From: a virus
Taxonomy: Duplodnaviria > Caudoviricetes
Reading direction: 5' to 3' (one strand)
DNA: 64,000 bases
Virus record (IMG/VR): IMGVR_UViG_3300020042_013351
Coordinates: 1-64,000 of that record
The first letter of the stretch is position 1. Each line of letters begins with the position of its first letter. Shown one piece after another: positions 1 through 10,472 of the stretch. Below the pieces are notes generated by a model. That model was not told the origin of the DNA, did no database searches, and saw nothing but the letters and a program-made list of their open reading frames with translations. The translations under genes and the position numbers were made by a program.

Positions 1-62
1 TTTAAATGCAAAAGTTAAGCTTGAACACATTGATAATTATATGTTGGTGAATAATATATAGT

Positions 63-692
63 ATGTCAAACGCAATTTTACAAAATAGTAAGTTTATTCA
101 CATACCCAAGTGTGGTGGTACATCAATACAGTCTATTTTGTGGAATGTTGGGTGCATCAAGGAAAAAGATCAAGAATTTACAGCACCTAATCATGGTCAC
201 TTATTTGCATCACAGATGCCACAAGACAGTAGAGTCAATTTTACATTTGTCAGAAACCCCATTACATGGTGGCATTCATGGTATCACTGGAATAAAATGC
301 AACCATTGTCTAGGTTCAGTGGTGATGAGTTGAAAAGCAAATCATTTGATGAGTGGATTGATGATTACGGGCAATTCTGGCTTGGTAAGTTTACAGTGTT
401 GGTGAAGAGATATATGGGTGAAGATGCTAATTTTCCAACTACTAACAAAGTCACCAAAATTGGAAAAACAGAACATTTGTACAAAGATTTGATAAATATA
501 CTTGATGAAATTGGTGAACCATACAATGTTACACGTATGCAAGATCTTGCAGATGGCAAAGTAAAGATGCCACCAACTCATACAAATATCCAAGTTTATG
601 ATAGAAAAAATATAAGCTCAACAACAAAGAGTATTATATACAACACAGAAAAAGAAATATTTACAAAATTTAATTATGGAACTGACATATAA
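63..692 (+). CDS. Sulfotransferase family protein
   Basis: FIHIPKCGGTSI (5'-PSB-like) and FTFVRNP (3'-PB-like) motifs. Confidence 0.7.
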   Translation: MSNAILQNSKFIHIPKCGGTSIQSILWNVGCIKEKDQEFTAPNHGHLFASQMPQDSRVNFTFVRNPITWWHSWYHWNKMQPLSRFSGDELKSKSFDEWIDDYGQFWLGKFTVLVKRYMGEDANFPTTNKVTKIGKTEHLYKDLINILDEIGEPYNVTRMQDLADGKVKMPPTHTNIQVYDRKNISSTTKSIIYNTEKEIFTKFNYGTDI

Positions 693-694
693 CG
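665..694 (+). repeat. 30-bp imperfect direct repeat, copy 1
   Basis: aaaatttaattatggaactgacatataacg; 28/30 identical to 2553..2582. Confidence 0.9.
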
Positions 695-777
695 AACAGC
701 TAATGGGCAAATGGCATCACGATATTCAAATTTCTGAAACACTAAAAACAAGTGATTTAACACAACCAGAGCAATAA
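676..777 (+). pseudogene. 33-aa ORF, possible relic of a gene interrupted by the cassette
   Basis: MELTYNEQLMGKWHHDIQISETLKTSDLTQPEQ; its ATG lies inside the direct repeat. Confidence 0.3.
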
Positions 778-791
778 GTATTAAGTAATTT

Positions 792-1862
792 ATGGACTTA
801 CCTACGCTGCCTAAAAGCCCAAAATGTTGGGCTGATCTTAAAGCTTATATATCTAGCATTTATCCTGAGGATCATAAATTTACAAATCCTGATGGAAGTA
901 ATCCTTACTTTAAAAGGTTAGATACGATATTACAAAGACACGAAGGCACATACGTCTTTGCTAACACAGTCAGAGAGTTTGGTCAGTTCGTTCCGTATGA
1001 AATGAAGACATTTCATTATTTCAATTGTGAAAGGAAAATAGCGTGTATAGACAGAGGTTACGAGGCTTTCTACCCTAGCGCTGACGGATTTATATATGAC
1101 TTTAAGGGTCCTAAGATAGGTGATTTTCATGGAGGTGATTCATTAAATTGGACTAGAAATGAAAACATGCTGGCTGAGTTTACGAACGATATTCACTCTA
1201 AAATACCAGACGCAAAAGTAATATACAAATTTGATAATGCAGGCAATGACTTATTTTCTTTACCAATATGTGTACCACCTTTTTGGGGTTGTCCTGTCGC
1301 TATGTACTCGTGGTTAGGCGTTAATTTTCCGAAAACCAAAGCATATGGTATAGAAGTTGATCTTGTTTTTAGTAATAGAAATAAAGGAGCTATACCGTTT
1401 TCTGACACGACACCAGGAAATTTTAAGACATGGAATACCACTGGAACTAGAAATAGAAATTTTTGTCATTGGGATGTTTTTGTATCTCATATGCTAAGCA
1501 AAAAATTACGTATAGGCGCTATTGGACGCAAAGACATGAGTTACAACCTCAATGGTGTAATAAACTCTTTTGACTATGCTAACCCATCTGTCGCTACAAT
1601 AGAGATGATGCAAGCCGCTAATTTTTATGTTGGTACGGACACAGGGCCTACACATCTAGCTTCTCTGTTTGATAACTTGAATATTTTTATATTTAGAAAG
1701 TTATGGGACTCGGGTCATAACGGTATTCTTAATTATAATAAAGCTCTAGATTACTATGAGCATATGAATCCATCACGAGTATACAATTGCAAAGCATTAG
1801 ATGATGACTTTGATAATATTGATTTGCTTATTAGTGAGGTCGAGAATAGATTTAACTTATAA
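792..1862 (+). CDS. Glycosyltransferase, GT9/heptosyltransferase-like (GT-B)
   Basis: C-terminal ANFYVGTDTGPTHLASL resembles the GT9 signature. Confidence 0.5.
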   Translation: MDLPTLPKSPKCWADLKAYISSIYPEDHKFTNPDGSNPYFKRLDTILQRHEGTYVFANTVREFGQFVPYEMKTFHYFNCERKIACIDRGYEAFYPSADGFIYDFKGPKIGDFHGGDSLNWTRNENMLAEFTNDIHSKIPDAKVIYKFDNAGNDLFSLPICVPPFWGCPVAMYSWLGVNFPKTKAYGIEVDLVFSNRNKGAIPFSDTTPGNFKTWNTTGTRNRNFCHWDVFVSHMLSKKLRIGAIGRKDMSYNLNGVINSFDYANPSVATIEMMQAANFYVGTDTGPTHLASLFDNLNIFIFRKLWDSGHNGILNYNKALDYYEHMNPSRVYNCKALDDDFDNIDLLISEVENRFNL

Positions 1863-1871
1863 ATAACGTTT

Positions 1872-2561
1872 ATGAAACTAAGCGTCAAATCATTGATACA
1901 CCCTTTTGACAGTACGGACCTTGCACTCGCATTATACGGAGGTAAAAACGATGGTAGTTACGTGCTGTCTTCAAAAATTCTTAATAATACTAGTGCTGCG
2001 TATTCGTACGGTATAGGTAACAATGTCAAGTTTGACATCGATCTAGCCAAAAAATTTACCTTTCCTATTTTTCAATATGATCACACGATTAATGCCACTC
2101 CTGTTAAAAATCCAAATTTCATATTTAAAAAAGAAGCGTTAAGCAGTGTTAATATTTCAAAGCATCTGCAAGAGAATAACCATACAGGTAAAGATGATTT
2201 GTTGCTAAAAATTGATACTGAAGGTGCTGAATATGAATTATTTAAAAATGCAGATCCCGCTGTTTTCAAACAGTTCAATCAAATAGTTATAGAAATTCAT
2301 AGAATAAAAGACCTGGATGAAAAGTGCATTAACTTACTAACATCATTATTTGCTGCGCACAAACTGGTGCATATACACGCAAATAATTATGGAGCAATGA
2401 CAGATGGCCTACCAGAAACACTGGAGCTGACATTAGTTCGTGATGATCTATTACCAGAAGGTATCAAGCTTTCTAATAAAGCAGCGCCTATAGAAGGTTT
2501 AGACACACCGTGCTCACCGGGTAAACCTGATTATGAATTGTCATGGTGGGTTAAAATTTAA
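1872..2561 (+). CDS. FkbM-like SAM-dependent methyltransferase
   Basis: GGKNDGSYV, YSYGIG, LLKIDTEGAEY, QIVIEIH, VHIHANN motifs. Confidence 0.65.
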   Translation: MKLSVKSLIHPFDSTDLALALYGGKNDGSYVLSSKILNNTSAAYSYGIGNNVKFDIDLAKKFTFPIFQYDHTINATPVKNPNFIFKKEALSSVNISKHLQENNHTGKDDLLLKIDTEGAEYELFKNADPAVFKQFNQIVIEIHRIKDLDEKCINLLTSLFAAHKLVHIHANNYGAMTDGLPETLELTLVRDDLLPEGIKLSNKAAPIEGLDTPCSPGKPDYELSWWVKI

Positions 2562-2582
2562 TTATGGAACCGACATATAGCG
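2553..2582 (+). repeat. 30-bp imperfect direct repeat, copy 2
   Basis: aaaatttaattatggaaccgacatatagcg; still encodes KFNYGTDI-stop like the sulfotransferase 3' end. Confidence 0.9.
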
Positions 2583-2602
2583 TCTAAATTAACGCCATTA
2601 GA

Positions 2603-3475
2603 TCAACCGTACAGCCCATAAATGTCAGTGTTGTTGATGCGTTGATCAAAAACCATTTGTTCACTGGTCACATTGATGTCTTGATTGTATGCCTTGGTAG
2701 GATATGTTGTGGACAGCTGACTGAACAATGACAATAATGTTGATGAATCATTGAGACCCACTTCTGTTGCAGAGTCATTGAGAGTCAATGCATTGCTGAT
2801 AGTTTCTTCTGTAATTTTACCAGAACGAGCATTGTCAAACACTTGATCATTGCCTCTGATGAGTGGCAAGCCTGGTTCAAAGCTGTAATCCAGTCTACGA
2901 GCACGCAATCTCCACATGTAATGAGCACCCAAGTAGTTCATTTCAGCAATGTCTTGGTCATCAATGGTTGTTACTTCAAAGAACTTGCCTTCTCTGTTGC
3001 CTGGTCTGGTATTACCATACTGTTTGAGCTGAAATACATCACCTGATTTGGGTTGAATGTCTTGATTGTTGCCTTGATATACACTGGACAATGCATTGAA
3101 TGTTGCAGCATATGAGCTGATGTGTACAAATGCAGTGACTTCATCATCAGGATCAAATCCAAATCTGCGCAAAGTAGCAGAGTTTTCAGTCAGCTGAATG
3201 TACATGATGATTTGCACAGGTGGATAGTAAGATTTGGTAGGATCTTCACCATACAAGTTGTTGGCAGACAGTGTATTGTATTGGTTGATGTAATACTCAA
3301 CTGGTTGTCCATATCTTTGAATAGCTTCTCTGATTGCTGATGATATGACTGCTATTTCACCAGCATTGGCAGTTTTGTCATTGACATTGACTGTGCATTC
3401 AATGGAGTTGTTGCCAGCGCCACTGTACAAAGTTCCGCATGACACTGAAAAAGATTGTGGAACGTAATAACTCAT
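2603..3475 (-). CDS. Neck/head-completion protein, T4 gp14-like
   Basis: EAIQRYGQPVEYY, NLYGED, RFGFDPDDE, PKSGDV and FFEV pattern typical of gp14-like proteins. Confidence 0.6.
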   Translation of the reverse strand: MSYYVPQSFSVSCGTLYSGAGNNSIECTVNVNDKTANAGEIAVISSAIREAIQRYGQPVEYYINQYNTLSANNLYGEDPTKSYYPPVQIIMYIQLTENSATLRRFGFDPDDEVTAFVHISSYAATFNALSSVYQGNNQDIQPKSGDVFQLKQYGNTRPGNREGKFFEVTTIDDQDIAEMNYLGAHYMWRLRARRLDYSFEPGLPLIRGNDQVFDNARSGKITEETISNALTLNDSATEVGLNDSSTLLSLFSQLSTTYPTKAYNQDINVTSEQMVFDQRINNTDIYGLYG

Positions 3476-3852
3476 CTGCGTAAAATGATGCCTTGGGTTG
3501 TTTTTGCTATTTTGACACCATGTGCATGGTCAGAGTTGAGAGCACGTTCTTCTCCAGCTTGCATGGCATTGATGTCAAAGCGGCCAGGATATTTTTGCTG
3601 CAAGTTGGCTATGTCTGCAGCTGTACACAAATGTGGTTTGCCAGTGGTTTTGACTGCATCAATGGCCATGTCCAATGGTGTTTTGTCTTGTTTGTATTTT
3701 TGTGCAATGATGCCAGGATTTTTCTTGCCAAGTCCAGAGTTGCCCAGCCTGGCCATGGTTCTGTGGCGCGGCTTGGGGTTGAGCAAGCTGCCAGTTGTAT
3801 TCAACAACTGACTGCTCAACAGCGTCTTCTCAAAAAAAGTTTCAAAAGTCAT
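3472..3852 (-). CDS. Hypothetical late protein
   Basis: 126-aa ORF; TAAATA 6 nt upstream; MTFETFFEK start; ATGA overlap with the next gene. Confidence 0.6.
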   Translation of the reverse strand: MTFETFFEKTLLSSQLLNTTGSLLNPKPRHRTMARLGNSGLGKKNPGIIAQKYKQDKTPLDMAIDAVKTTGKPHLCTAADIANLQQKYPGRFDINAMQAGEERALNSDHAHGVKIAKTTQGIILRR

Positions 3853-3884
3853 TGCATGTATTTAATGCAAACTGTGTAATCCTC

Positions 3885-3890
3885 TAAATA
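3885..3890 (+). promoter_or_regulatory. T4-like late promoter core (TAAATA)
   Basis: 5 nt before ATG 3896; a divergent copy lies on the minus strand at 3859..3864. Confidence 0.6.
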
Positions 3891-3895
3891 CTATT

Positions 3896-4045
3896 ATGAA
3901 GTTCGACAACTTAGCTAACAAACTGCTGAATACATACTTGGTAGAATCTGAACACAATTGCAGTGCAGCTGCAGATGGCTGCTGTTGCAGTGAGTGTGAA
4001 GAGTGCATTGCCAATGCTGAAAAGCAAGAAGACACTCAAGAGTAG
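3896..4045 (+). CDS. Small Cys-rich late protein (49 aa, below the ORF-track cutoff)
   Basis: MKFDNLANKLLNTYLVESEHNCSAAADGCCCSECEECIANAEKQEDTQE; late promoter at 5 nt. Confidence 0.65.
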   Translation: MKFDNLANKLLNTYLVESEHNCSAAADGCCCSECEECIANAEKQEDTQE

Positions 4046-4079
4046 TTGCTGCAACTGATGTTTTTGCTAAATAATAGCA

Positions 4080-6560
4080 ATGAACAACAGTCAAGTGCTA
4101 ACATATGGAGTTGCACCCATCAGCTTCTCCATTACCAATCCAGAAACATCAACAAATGATGCATTGGATGCTGTTGAGCCCTTTTCATTGTTTGAGTATT
4201 TGCAATATTCAAGGGAGAGTGTTTCACCAGAGAATCAAACAGCCAACTACAATGTATATTTGCGTTCATGGTATGCCATACACCGCACTCCAGCAGCTCA
4301 AGCTCAGGAGAACATCAAAGACATATACATCAACTTGTTGAGAGACATTGCTCTCAAATTTACAACAGTTGAAGAAAGAAGATTTCTCAGCAACATTGAT
4401 TTCAATGACACCAGTGATTTGGCTGTTGCATTGCCATTTTATTCACAGAAGCTCAAAGACATTTGCTTGTACTACTCCAAAAAGAGAGATTATTTGGCCA
4501 TTGTCAATCAGAAAAACAAGTCTCGTGGCTCAGCCATTGGCACTGAAAAAGAAGTTTACCAGCTGATTTTGGATTACTTGTTTGGAGATGATGGCAAAGA
4601 CAATGCATTCTCCTTGCAAATTCCATTGAGTGCAGTTGCTGCCAATTTGCAAATAGAGGTGGAGTCTCAATATGATGTATACACCAGCTATTTTGATGTG
4701 AATCCTCAATCATCAGCAGCTGACCAAGATGCAACAGGATTACGTGCCAAGTACTTTACAGCCAACACCAACATCATCACAGCAGGACTGTTTTTGGACA
4801 TCAACAGCCAAATTGCCAGTGAAATTTTGCAACGATCATTTTATTTGCAGCAGTTTGGTCCATTGTTTACCATCAACATTGGTTACACTGTGGATACATT
4901 GCTGGGATCCAATTGTTCACCATCTGATTTAGCCAAATTGCTGCAGACTGATGTTGCTGATGCAACCAACCTGCTGAATCTTAAAAAGAGACTCATTGAA
5001 AAGTACATTGGTGTTGACTTTCATTACTTGTCATGCGGCAATACAACATCACAAGTGCAGAGCGGTGTGTTGTTTCGAGCAGTCAATGCTGCAGCCAACT
5101 TTCAAAACAAAAGATTTGCTGCTACAGCCAGTGTAGAAGCAGATGAATACAAGTCTGCCAGAACCATTGGATGTTTGTCCATGCCTTTTCGTCAAGGCAT
5201 CATCACCATGACACCAGCATCTTTTGATTTCAGAGTCAATGCAGAGATGCTTGCGCCCAACACTGTATATATTTTTCCAAACCCAGCCATTGCTGGCAAT
5301 GTATCCAACATGCACCATGGGCCATTGCAACATCCATATGATTTCTATTCCAACAAAATATATGATGCAAAATACATAGACAGTGGCGAAGCATATGGTG
5401 ATCCAGTTGTTGGTCCATTTGTTCAACACTTTTTTGGTTACAATACACCCAATGATTTCATTGATTTGACTGTCAACAACTTGTCTGCATATCACAATGA
5501 ATTTGCTTCTTTGGCCAATCAAGGTGTTATATCAGATTATGGCATTGATGTATATGGCAATGAGTATGCCGTATTCAAACCATTGACCAAATTCAACAGA
5601 ATTCAAACCAACACAAATGCAGTGTCTGCAGCAGCAGGTGCTTATGCAACATTGGTTCAAGATGCTGTTGACTACACTCCCAACATCATTGCATTGAGTG
5701 GAGCAACTGCAGTTGCATCTGTACTCAGCAATCCACAAGTTGTCTCAGCACAAGCATCATATGACATCAACAACATCAGCGGGCTGTTGTATGTCAAGAG
5801 TGCAAAAACAGGAAAGATCACCAGAGTTGCAACAGTCATGGGTGATTTGTTCAACAAGTATCCAACTGCTGTCCGTGCTCAAATTTACAACAGTGTCAAC
5901 ACCATGCGCATCATTTATGATGTCATCATCATTGAGACTCAAAACTATTTGATTGTGGAGAAGATACAGTTGGATGCTGATGGCAACTTTGCATCACCCA
6001 ACACCATCAACACTTACATTGTGCATGATGATGCAACCAATCAGCATGTGTCCAATGTATTTTTAAACAATGCAGACAACAGCTTGTATTTTGTAAACCT
6101 TGCAACTGTTGCAAGTACATCTGCCAGCAATGCACCTGCTGTGTATCCAAATATTTACCAATACAGACTTGCTGACAATGTTCTCAACAGAATTTATCCT
6201 TTGCCCAGCACCAGCCAAGCAGCAATAACCACTCAATTTTCACCAAGCTCTGCAGTTTATCAATTCAAACAATCTTTGGTCAATGTTGCATACAATTCAC
6301 GCAACAATGCATATGCTGCATCATGGATTGGGTATGATTTGAATGAATTACCAATGTTCAATGTGTGTACATTTGCTGTTGAAGCATCACAAGCAACTAT
6401 TCAAAGCTTCTCTGTGGTTCAGCCTGCATCATCAGCACAAACACAAAATTTTTATTACAGTCTGCAAAGCACCATGTTTTCTTCTTTCTCAGCATTGAGT
6501 TCTATACTCACCAATGCATCTGTAGCAGTCAACAACAACTTATTTTCTGTATACCTGTAA
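4080..6560 (+). CDS. Large putative virion (tail/baseplate-associated) protein
   Basis: 826 aa; TAAATA at 4068..4073; heads the structural block; beta-rich C-terminus. Confidence 0.5.
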   Translation: MNNSQVLTYGVAPISFSITNPETSTNDALDAVEPFSLFEYLQYSRESVSPENQTANYNVYLRSWYAIHRTPAAQAQENIKDIYINLLRDIALKFTTVEERRFLSNIDFNDTSDLAVALPFYSQKLKDICLYYSKKRDYLAIVNQKNKSRGSAIGTEKEVYQLILDYLFGDDGKDNAFSLQIPLSAVAANLQIEVESQYDVYTSYFDVNPQSSAADQDATGLRAKYFTANTNIITAGLFLDINSQIASEILQRSFYLQQFGPLFTINIGYTVDTLLGSNCSPSDLAKLLQTDVADATNLLNLKKRLIEKYIGVDFHYLSCGNTTSQVQSGVLFRAVNAAANFQNKRFAATASVEADEYKSARTIGCLSMPFRQGIITMTPASFDFRVNAEMLAPNTVYIFPNPAIAGNVSNMHHGPLQHPYDFYSNKIYDAKYIDSGEAYGDPVVGPFVQHFFGYNTPNDFIDLTVNNLSAYHNEFASLANQGVISDYGIDVYGNEYAVFKPLTKFNRIQTNTNAVSAAAGAYATLVQDAVDYTPNIIALSGATAVASVLSNPQVVSAQASYDINNISGLLYVKSAKTGKITRVATVMGDLFNKYPTAVRAQIYNSVNTMRIIYDVIIIETQNYLIVEKIQLDADGNFASPNTINTYIVHDDATNQHVSNVFLNNADNSLYFVNLATVASTSASNAPAVYPNIYQYRLADNVLNRIYPLPSTSQAAITTQFSPSSAVYQFKQSLVNVAYNSRNNAYAASWIGYDLNELPMFNVCTFAVEASQATIQSFSVVQPASSAQTQNFYYSLQSTMFSSFSALSSILTNASVAVNNNLFSVYL

Positions 6561-6561
6561 C

Positions 6562-7044
6562 ATGCAAACAAAAACCATCACCTTTTCTCCAGTTGACAGC
6601 ACCGCCAATGCAACCATCCATCTGAGTCAATTGCAACTCAAAGGAACAACTACCATCAATTATATATTAACAGCATTTGACTCTGATAGTACTGATATAA
6701 TTCAGACCATTGTTGTTTATGGTGATGGACAACAACAGGTTTACAATGCTGATGTATCCAAATCAACGTTTGTACAGCCCATTACCAGTGTATCACATGT
6801 GTATCATTCACAGTACAACAGTTATTCTACACAATTATCTGCAATATTTCAAGTTGTATACACCAATCTTGCAGTTGTCAATGTAGTTCAGCCTTTGAGG
6901 ATGCTGCAGAGTAGTTATTATGAAGAAATTGGGCATCTGCATTTGACAACAACTCAACTGCTGCCAGTCAGCAGCAATGATGCGCTGCTTGTGTGTTATG
7001 ATGATTACAGTAACTTGCATAATTTTGCAGTGCATGTGGGTTGA
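6562..7044 (+). CDS. Putative virion protein with PKD/Ig-like motif
   Basis: VYGDG...VSHVY resembles the PKD DFGDG...HxY pattern; starts 1 nt after the upstream stop. Confidence 0.45.
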   Translation: MQTKTITFSPVDSTANATIHLSQLQLKGTTTINYILTAFDSDSTDIIQTIVVYGDGQQQVYNADVSKSTFVQPITSVSHVYHSQYNSYSTQLSAIFQVVYTNLAVVNVVQPLRMLQSSYYEEIGHLHLTTTQLLPVSSNDALLVCYDDYSNLHNFAVHVG

Positions 7045-7059
7045 TCATTAAATAAACGT

Positions 7060-10000
7060 ATGCAAAATTTGCAGTTTAGTTCCAATGTTACCAGCTTGAG
7101 TGTCAGCTATGCTTTTGACCCAGATATTGAATTCATTCAACAAGTCAACAATACAGAGCACGGCATTCAAATTTTTGATTGTCCAGTTGCTGCTGATGCA
7201 AATGATGCTGCCATCAGAGATTATTCTGCTTTGACTCTCACCAGTCAAAAACGCATCAATGACATTTTGGCTGCTACAACATTGGATGCTTCAGTCAAAA
7301 AAAGCATTACCACTACACTTGCAAGCAACAAATACTTTGATGCAATTGGTGCACCTTTGTTTGTATATTTCAACAACAAGAGAGAAACCAGCAGCCAGAA
7401 GTTTGATAGATACACCAGTGTAGTTTGCGCATCTGCAGGTCAAATTGTGACTGAGGCACAAAAATTTTTCAATGTTGAATTGCTGGACAGTGATTATGCA
7501 CGCATTTCTTATGTGAACAACTCAAGTCATTATTATTTAACTGTTACATCTGCACAAGATGTTGCTTTTACTACTGTATATTCAACAGATTCAGTAACAA
7601 CAGATATTTCTGCTGCAGCAACTGTAGCAACTTGGCAAGATTTTGATGATATTCAAAGTGTATCAGCCGTTGATGCAACCATTTTTAGGTATTTGATATC
7701 TGGCAACAAGTTGCTGTTGCTCAAACCAACTGCAACTCAAATGCTCATCATTGCTCCAGTATCAGGTGCAGATGGTAGATTCAAACTCAATGCATTAACT
7801 ACTGCTCAAGCACCAGATATGCAACAAAATGTGTTTGAATTCAGAAACTATATTAGTACTGTTAGCTTTGATAATGTTGGTGCGTCTTGGACCAGTTATG
7901 ATATTTCCAATCTCAATGAAATAAACTTGGATGCATCCAAAACTGCAACCAACTTGATCAACAACTTCATTGTGGATGCTCAGTACAACAACATTCAGGG
8001 CAATGAATTGCCAGCCAACTTGTTGATGCTTAAGAATCAACTTTCTCGTGACAACATTGCTAACAAAGGTGATTATACCAAGTTGTTCAATGCAACACAA
8101 CCAGGTGTTCAGTACAGAGACTACACCAGCTTTGCTGCTGGTGTTGATTGTGAAAACAATGCAGGTGAGATAGCTGTTAACTACACATACTACAGCATAG
8201 ATTATGTAGCCAAGCCAGATGAATACACATTGTTCTCCACTGCAGATTCAATGTATCCCTACAGTGTATTGAATGTCAATGACAGCAGTATATCACAAAA
8301 TGGTGCCATGGGAGCTTCATATCCTTACTTGGCTGACAAGATATTCAAAAAAGATTACTTCAATCCTGACAATGCATTTGGATTGTATTTGTGCACTTGG
8401 TTGTCAGCTGGTGACATCAACAGTCCTGCCATTTGGATGGATAGATATTACAATCCACAAATTACAACTGCAGGCATTGCCATGCAAGCCAATTCACCTG
8501 CATACAACTCAGCTGTATTTTCAACCATATCCAGTGTTTCTGGTTTAGAATTTTTTGACAAGATAAGTGATGTAGCTTTTGAGCCATCTGAGATGTATTT
8601 TTACAATCGCATAGGCAACAATCATGCTAAACAACATGTTGCAGGCAACATTGACACTACATCTCTCATCAATCAAGACATTGTTTACAGAGATGCAAAT
8701 GCCAATGATGTTGGATTCATTGATGCTGATGGATTGCTCAATGCAGCATTCAATGGCCAGGTGGATGCTAAAATTTTACAATACAATGATACCACCAGTG
8801 TGGGTCAAATGAACATGAGTTTTTGGTTGGGTGCTGATGATTGGAGCCAAATCAATGCATATCAAATTCTCGGCAACTTGACTGATCATGGCTTTGGCAT
8901 CATCAGAAATCCAGTTGTAACACCATTTATAACCATTCAATCTCGCTCTTCTGTCAACTTTTACAATTCAGATTTGCAGCTGGTTGCTACTACTCCTGTT
9001 TCTGCATCATTTGCCAACAATGTATTCACCATTGTACAGTTTGAAGGCCTCAATGATGTGTTTGCAGTGCATCTCAATGGCACTGTAGCAAGATTGCATG
9101 CAGATGGCACATTGATCAGCATGGATAATCCTGCAAATGATACCATTGTCAATGTTGCTACAGACAAACAGCACATGTATTTGTTGTTGAGAGATCAACA
9201 GACTGTTGTCAAGTACAACATTTATACCAGACAGTCCGAAACCATCAGAACCAACATCATTGATCCTGCTACCAATGCAGTTTCACCTCAAATCTCCAGC
9301 ATCAGAGCCAACTCCATGGTGGTTAAAGATGCAATTGTATATGGCTTCAATACAGATGCAACTACATTTTATACATCTGAAAAGATATTGTCTTTGTCTG
9401 GATCTAACATCATTCAGCTTGCATATGATTACCGCAACACTGAGACATTGTTTTCTGGCATTTCATCCACCATCAATGCTTTTGCAACTGACTCACAAAA
9501 CAACATTTACATTGGTCATGACAGCAAAGTCACTGCATATGATGCAAACAGAACATTTGCATTTACACAAACCCTGACAAGCATTACAAATGATAACTGC
9601 ACAGTAAGAGCCATCAACAGTTATTATGATTATACTGGTGATGCTTACAATCACAGCATCATTGCCATGGTTGTTGATGCACAAAACAACATGCATTTGG
9701 CTAAACTCAATGCAACCACTGGTGCCATTGTTGCAACAGCTGGTACCAATTTTGCATACAATGGTTATGCTGTTTACAACTTGACTAATTTCAAGCACGT
9801 CAATCAACAATACAAAAACAGAACTGCTTCTACACTTACTTTTGCAATTCAAAACATTGATGTGTTCAATTACAGCAATTCCATCAATTTGACCATTGAT
9901 TTTGATGCAGCCAAGCTCAACAGTGGCTTTCATCACTTTGCATTGCAGTATGATGCATACAATGGCAACTTGGCCTTGTATGTCAATGGAATTTTGACTG

Positions 10001-10464
10001 ATGCACAGCAGTTTTCTGAAATCAATTTGCCAGTGTCCAGCATTTTGGATGATGGCTTTACCATTGGCTCATGTTATTTGCGCAACAGCGTCAAACTCTC
10101 ATCTTTTCTCAGACAGAGCAACAAATTTTATGCCAGCAACTGCAGAATCAAGGATTTCAGACTGTTTTCCAGGCCCATTGACTTTTCTGACATCAGAATG
10201 TTGATGTTTGCAGCATACAGATCAAAAAATCTTGTGTTTGAACTGCCTGGTGGTCAACGCAACAACTTGGACCGCATCAGCAAACTGTTTTCAGCAGGGT
10301 CTCCTGGTTTCAGGAGCAACAAGGTCAAGATTTACGTCAAAAACTTGGATATCAACAGCTCAGACTTGCAAAGTCGCATAACAACAGCAATAGTTGCTGA
10401 GTCAAAGAGAATTTTGCCTGCTACTGTGGATATAACTGGTGTTGAATTTGTTGATTTTAAGTAA
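7060..10464 (+). CDS. Large virion protein with LamG/concanavalin-like domain
   Basis: 1134 aa; GFHHFALQYDAYNGNLALYVNG...IKDFRLFSRP is a LamG-type signature; TAAATA at 7049..7054. Confidence 0.6.
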   Translation: MQNLQFSSNVTSLSVSYAFDPDIEFIQQVNNTEHGIQIFDCPVAADANDAAIRDYSALTLTSQKRINDILAATTLDASVKKSITTTLASNKYFDAIGAPLFVYFNNKRETSSQKFDRYTSVVCASAGQIVTEAQKFFNVELLDSDYARISYVNNSSHYYLTVTSAQDVAFTTVYSTDSVTTDISAAATVATWQDFDDIQSVSAVDATIFRYLISGNKLLLLKPTATQMLIIAPVSGADGRFKLNALTTAQAPDMQQNVFEFRNYISTVSFDNVGASWTSYDISNLNEINLDASKTATNLINNFIVDAQYNNIQGNELPANLLMLKNQLSRDNIANKGDYTKLFNATQPGVQYRDYTSFAAGVDCENNAGEIAVNYTYYSIDYVAKPDEYTLFSTADSMYPYSVLNVNDSSISQNGAMGASYPYLADKIFKKDYFNPDNAFGLYLCTWLSAGDINSPAIWMDRYYNPQITTAGIAMQANSPAYNSAVFSTISSVSGLEFFDKISDVAFEPSEMYFYNRIGNNHAKQHVAGNIDTTSLINQDIVYRDANANDVGFIDADGLLNAAFNGQVDAKILQYNDTTSVGQMNMSFWLGADDWSQINAYQILGNLTDHGFGIIRNPVVTPFITIQSRSSVNFYNSDLQLVATTPVSASFANNVFTIVQFEGLNDVFAVHLNGTVARLHADGTLISMDNPANDTIVNVATDKQHMYLLLRDQQTVVKYNIYTRQSETIRTNIIDPATNAVSPQISSIRANSMVVKDAIVYGFNTDATTFYTSEKILSLSGSNIIQLAYDYRNTETLFSGISSTINAFATDSQNNIYIGHDSKVTAYDANRTFAFTQTLTSITNDNCTVRAINSYYDYTGDAYNHSIIAMVVDAQNNMHLAKLNATTGAIVATAGTNFAYNGYAVYNLTNFKHVNQQYKNRTASTLTFAIQNIDVFNYSNSINLTIDFDAAKLNSGFHHFALQYDAYNGNLALYVNGILTDAQQFSEINLPVSSILDDGFTIGSCYLRNSVKLSSFLRQSNKFYASNCRIKDFRLFSRPIDFSDIRMLMFAAYRSKNLVFELPGGQRNNLDRISKLFSAGSPGFRSNKVKIYVKNLDINSSDLQSRITTAIVAESKRILPATVDITGVEFVDFK

Positions 10465-10472
10465 ATATACTT

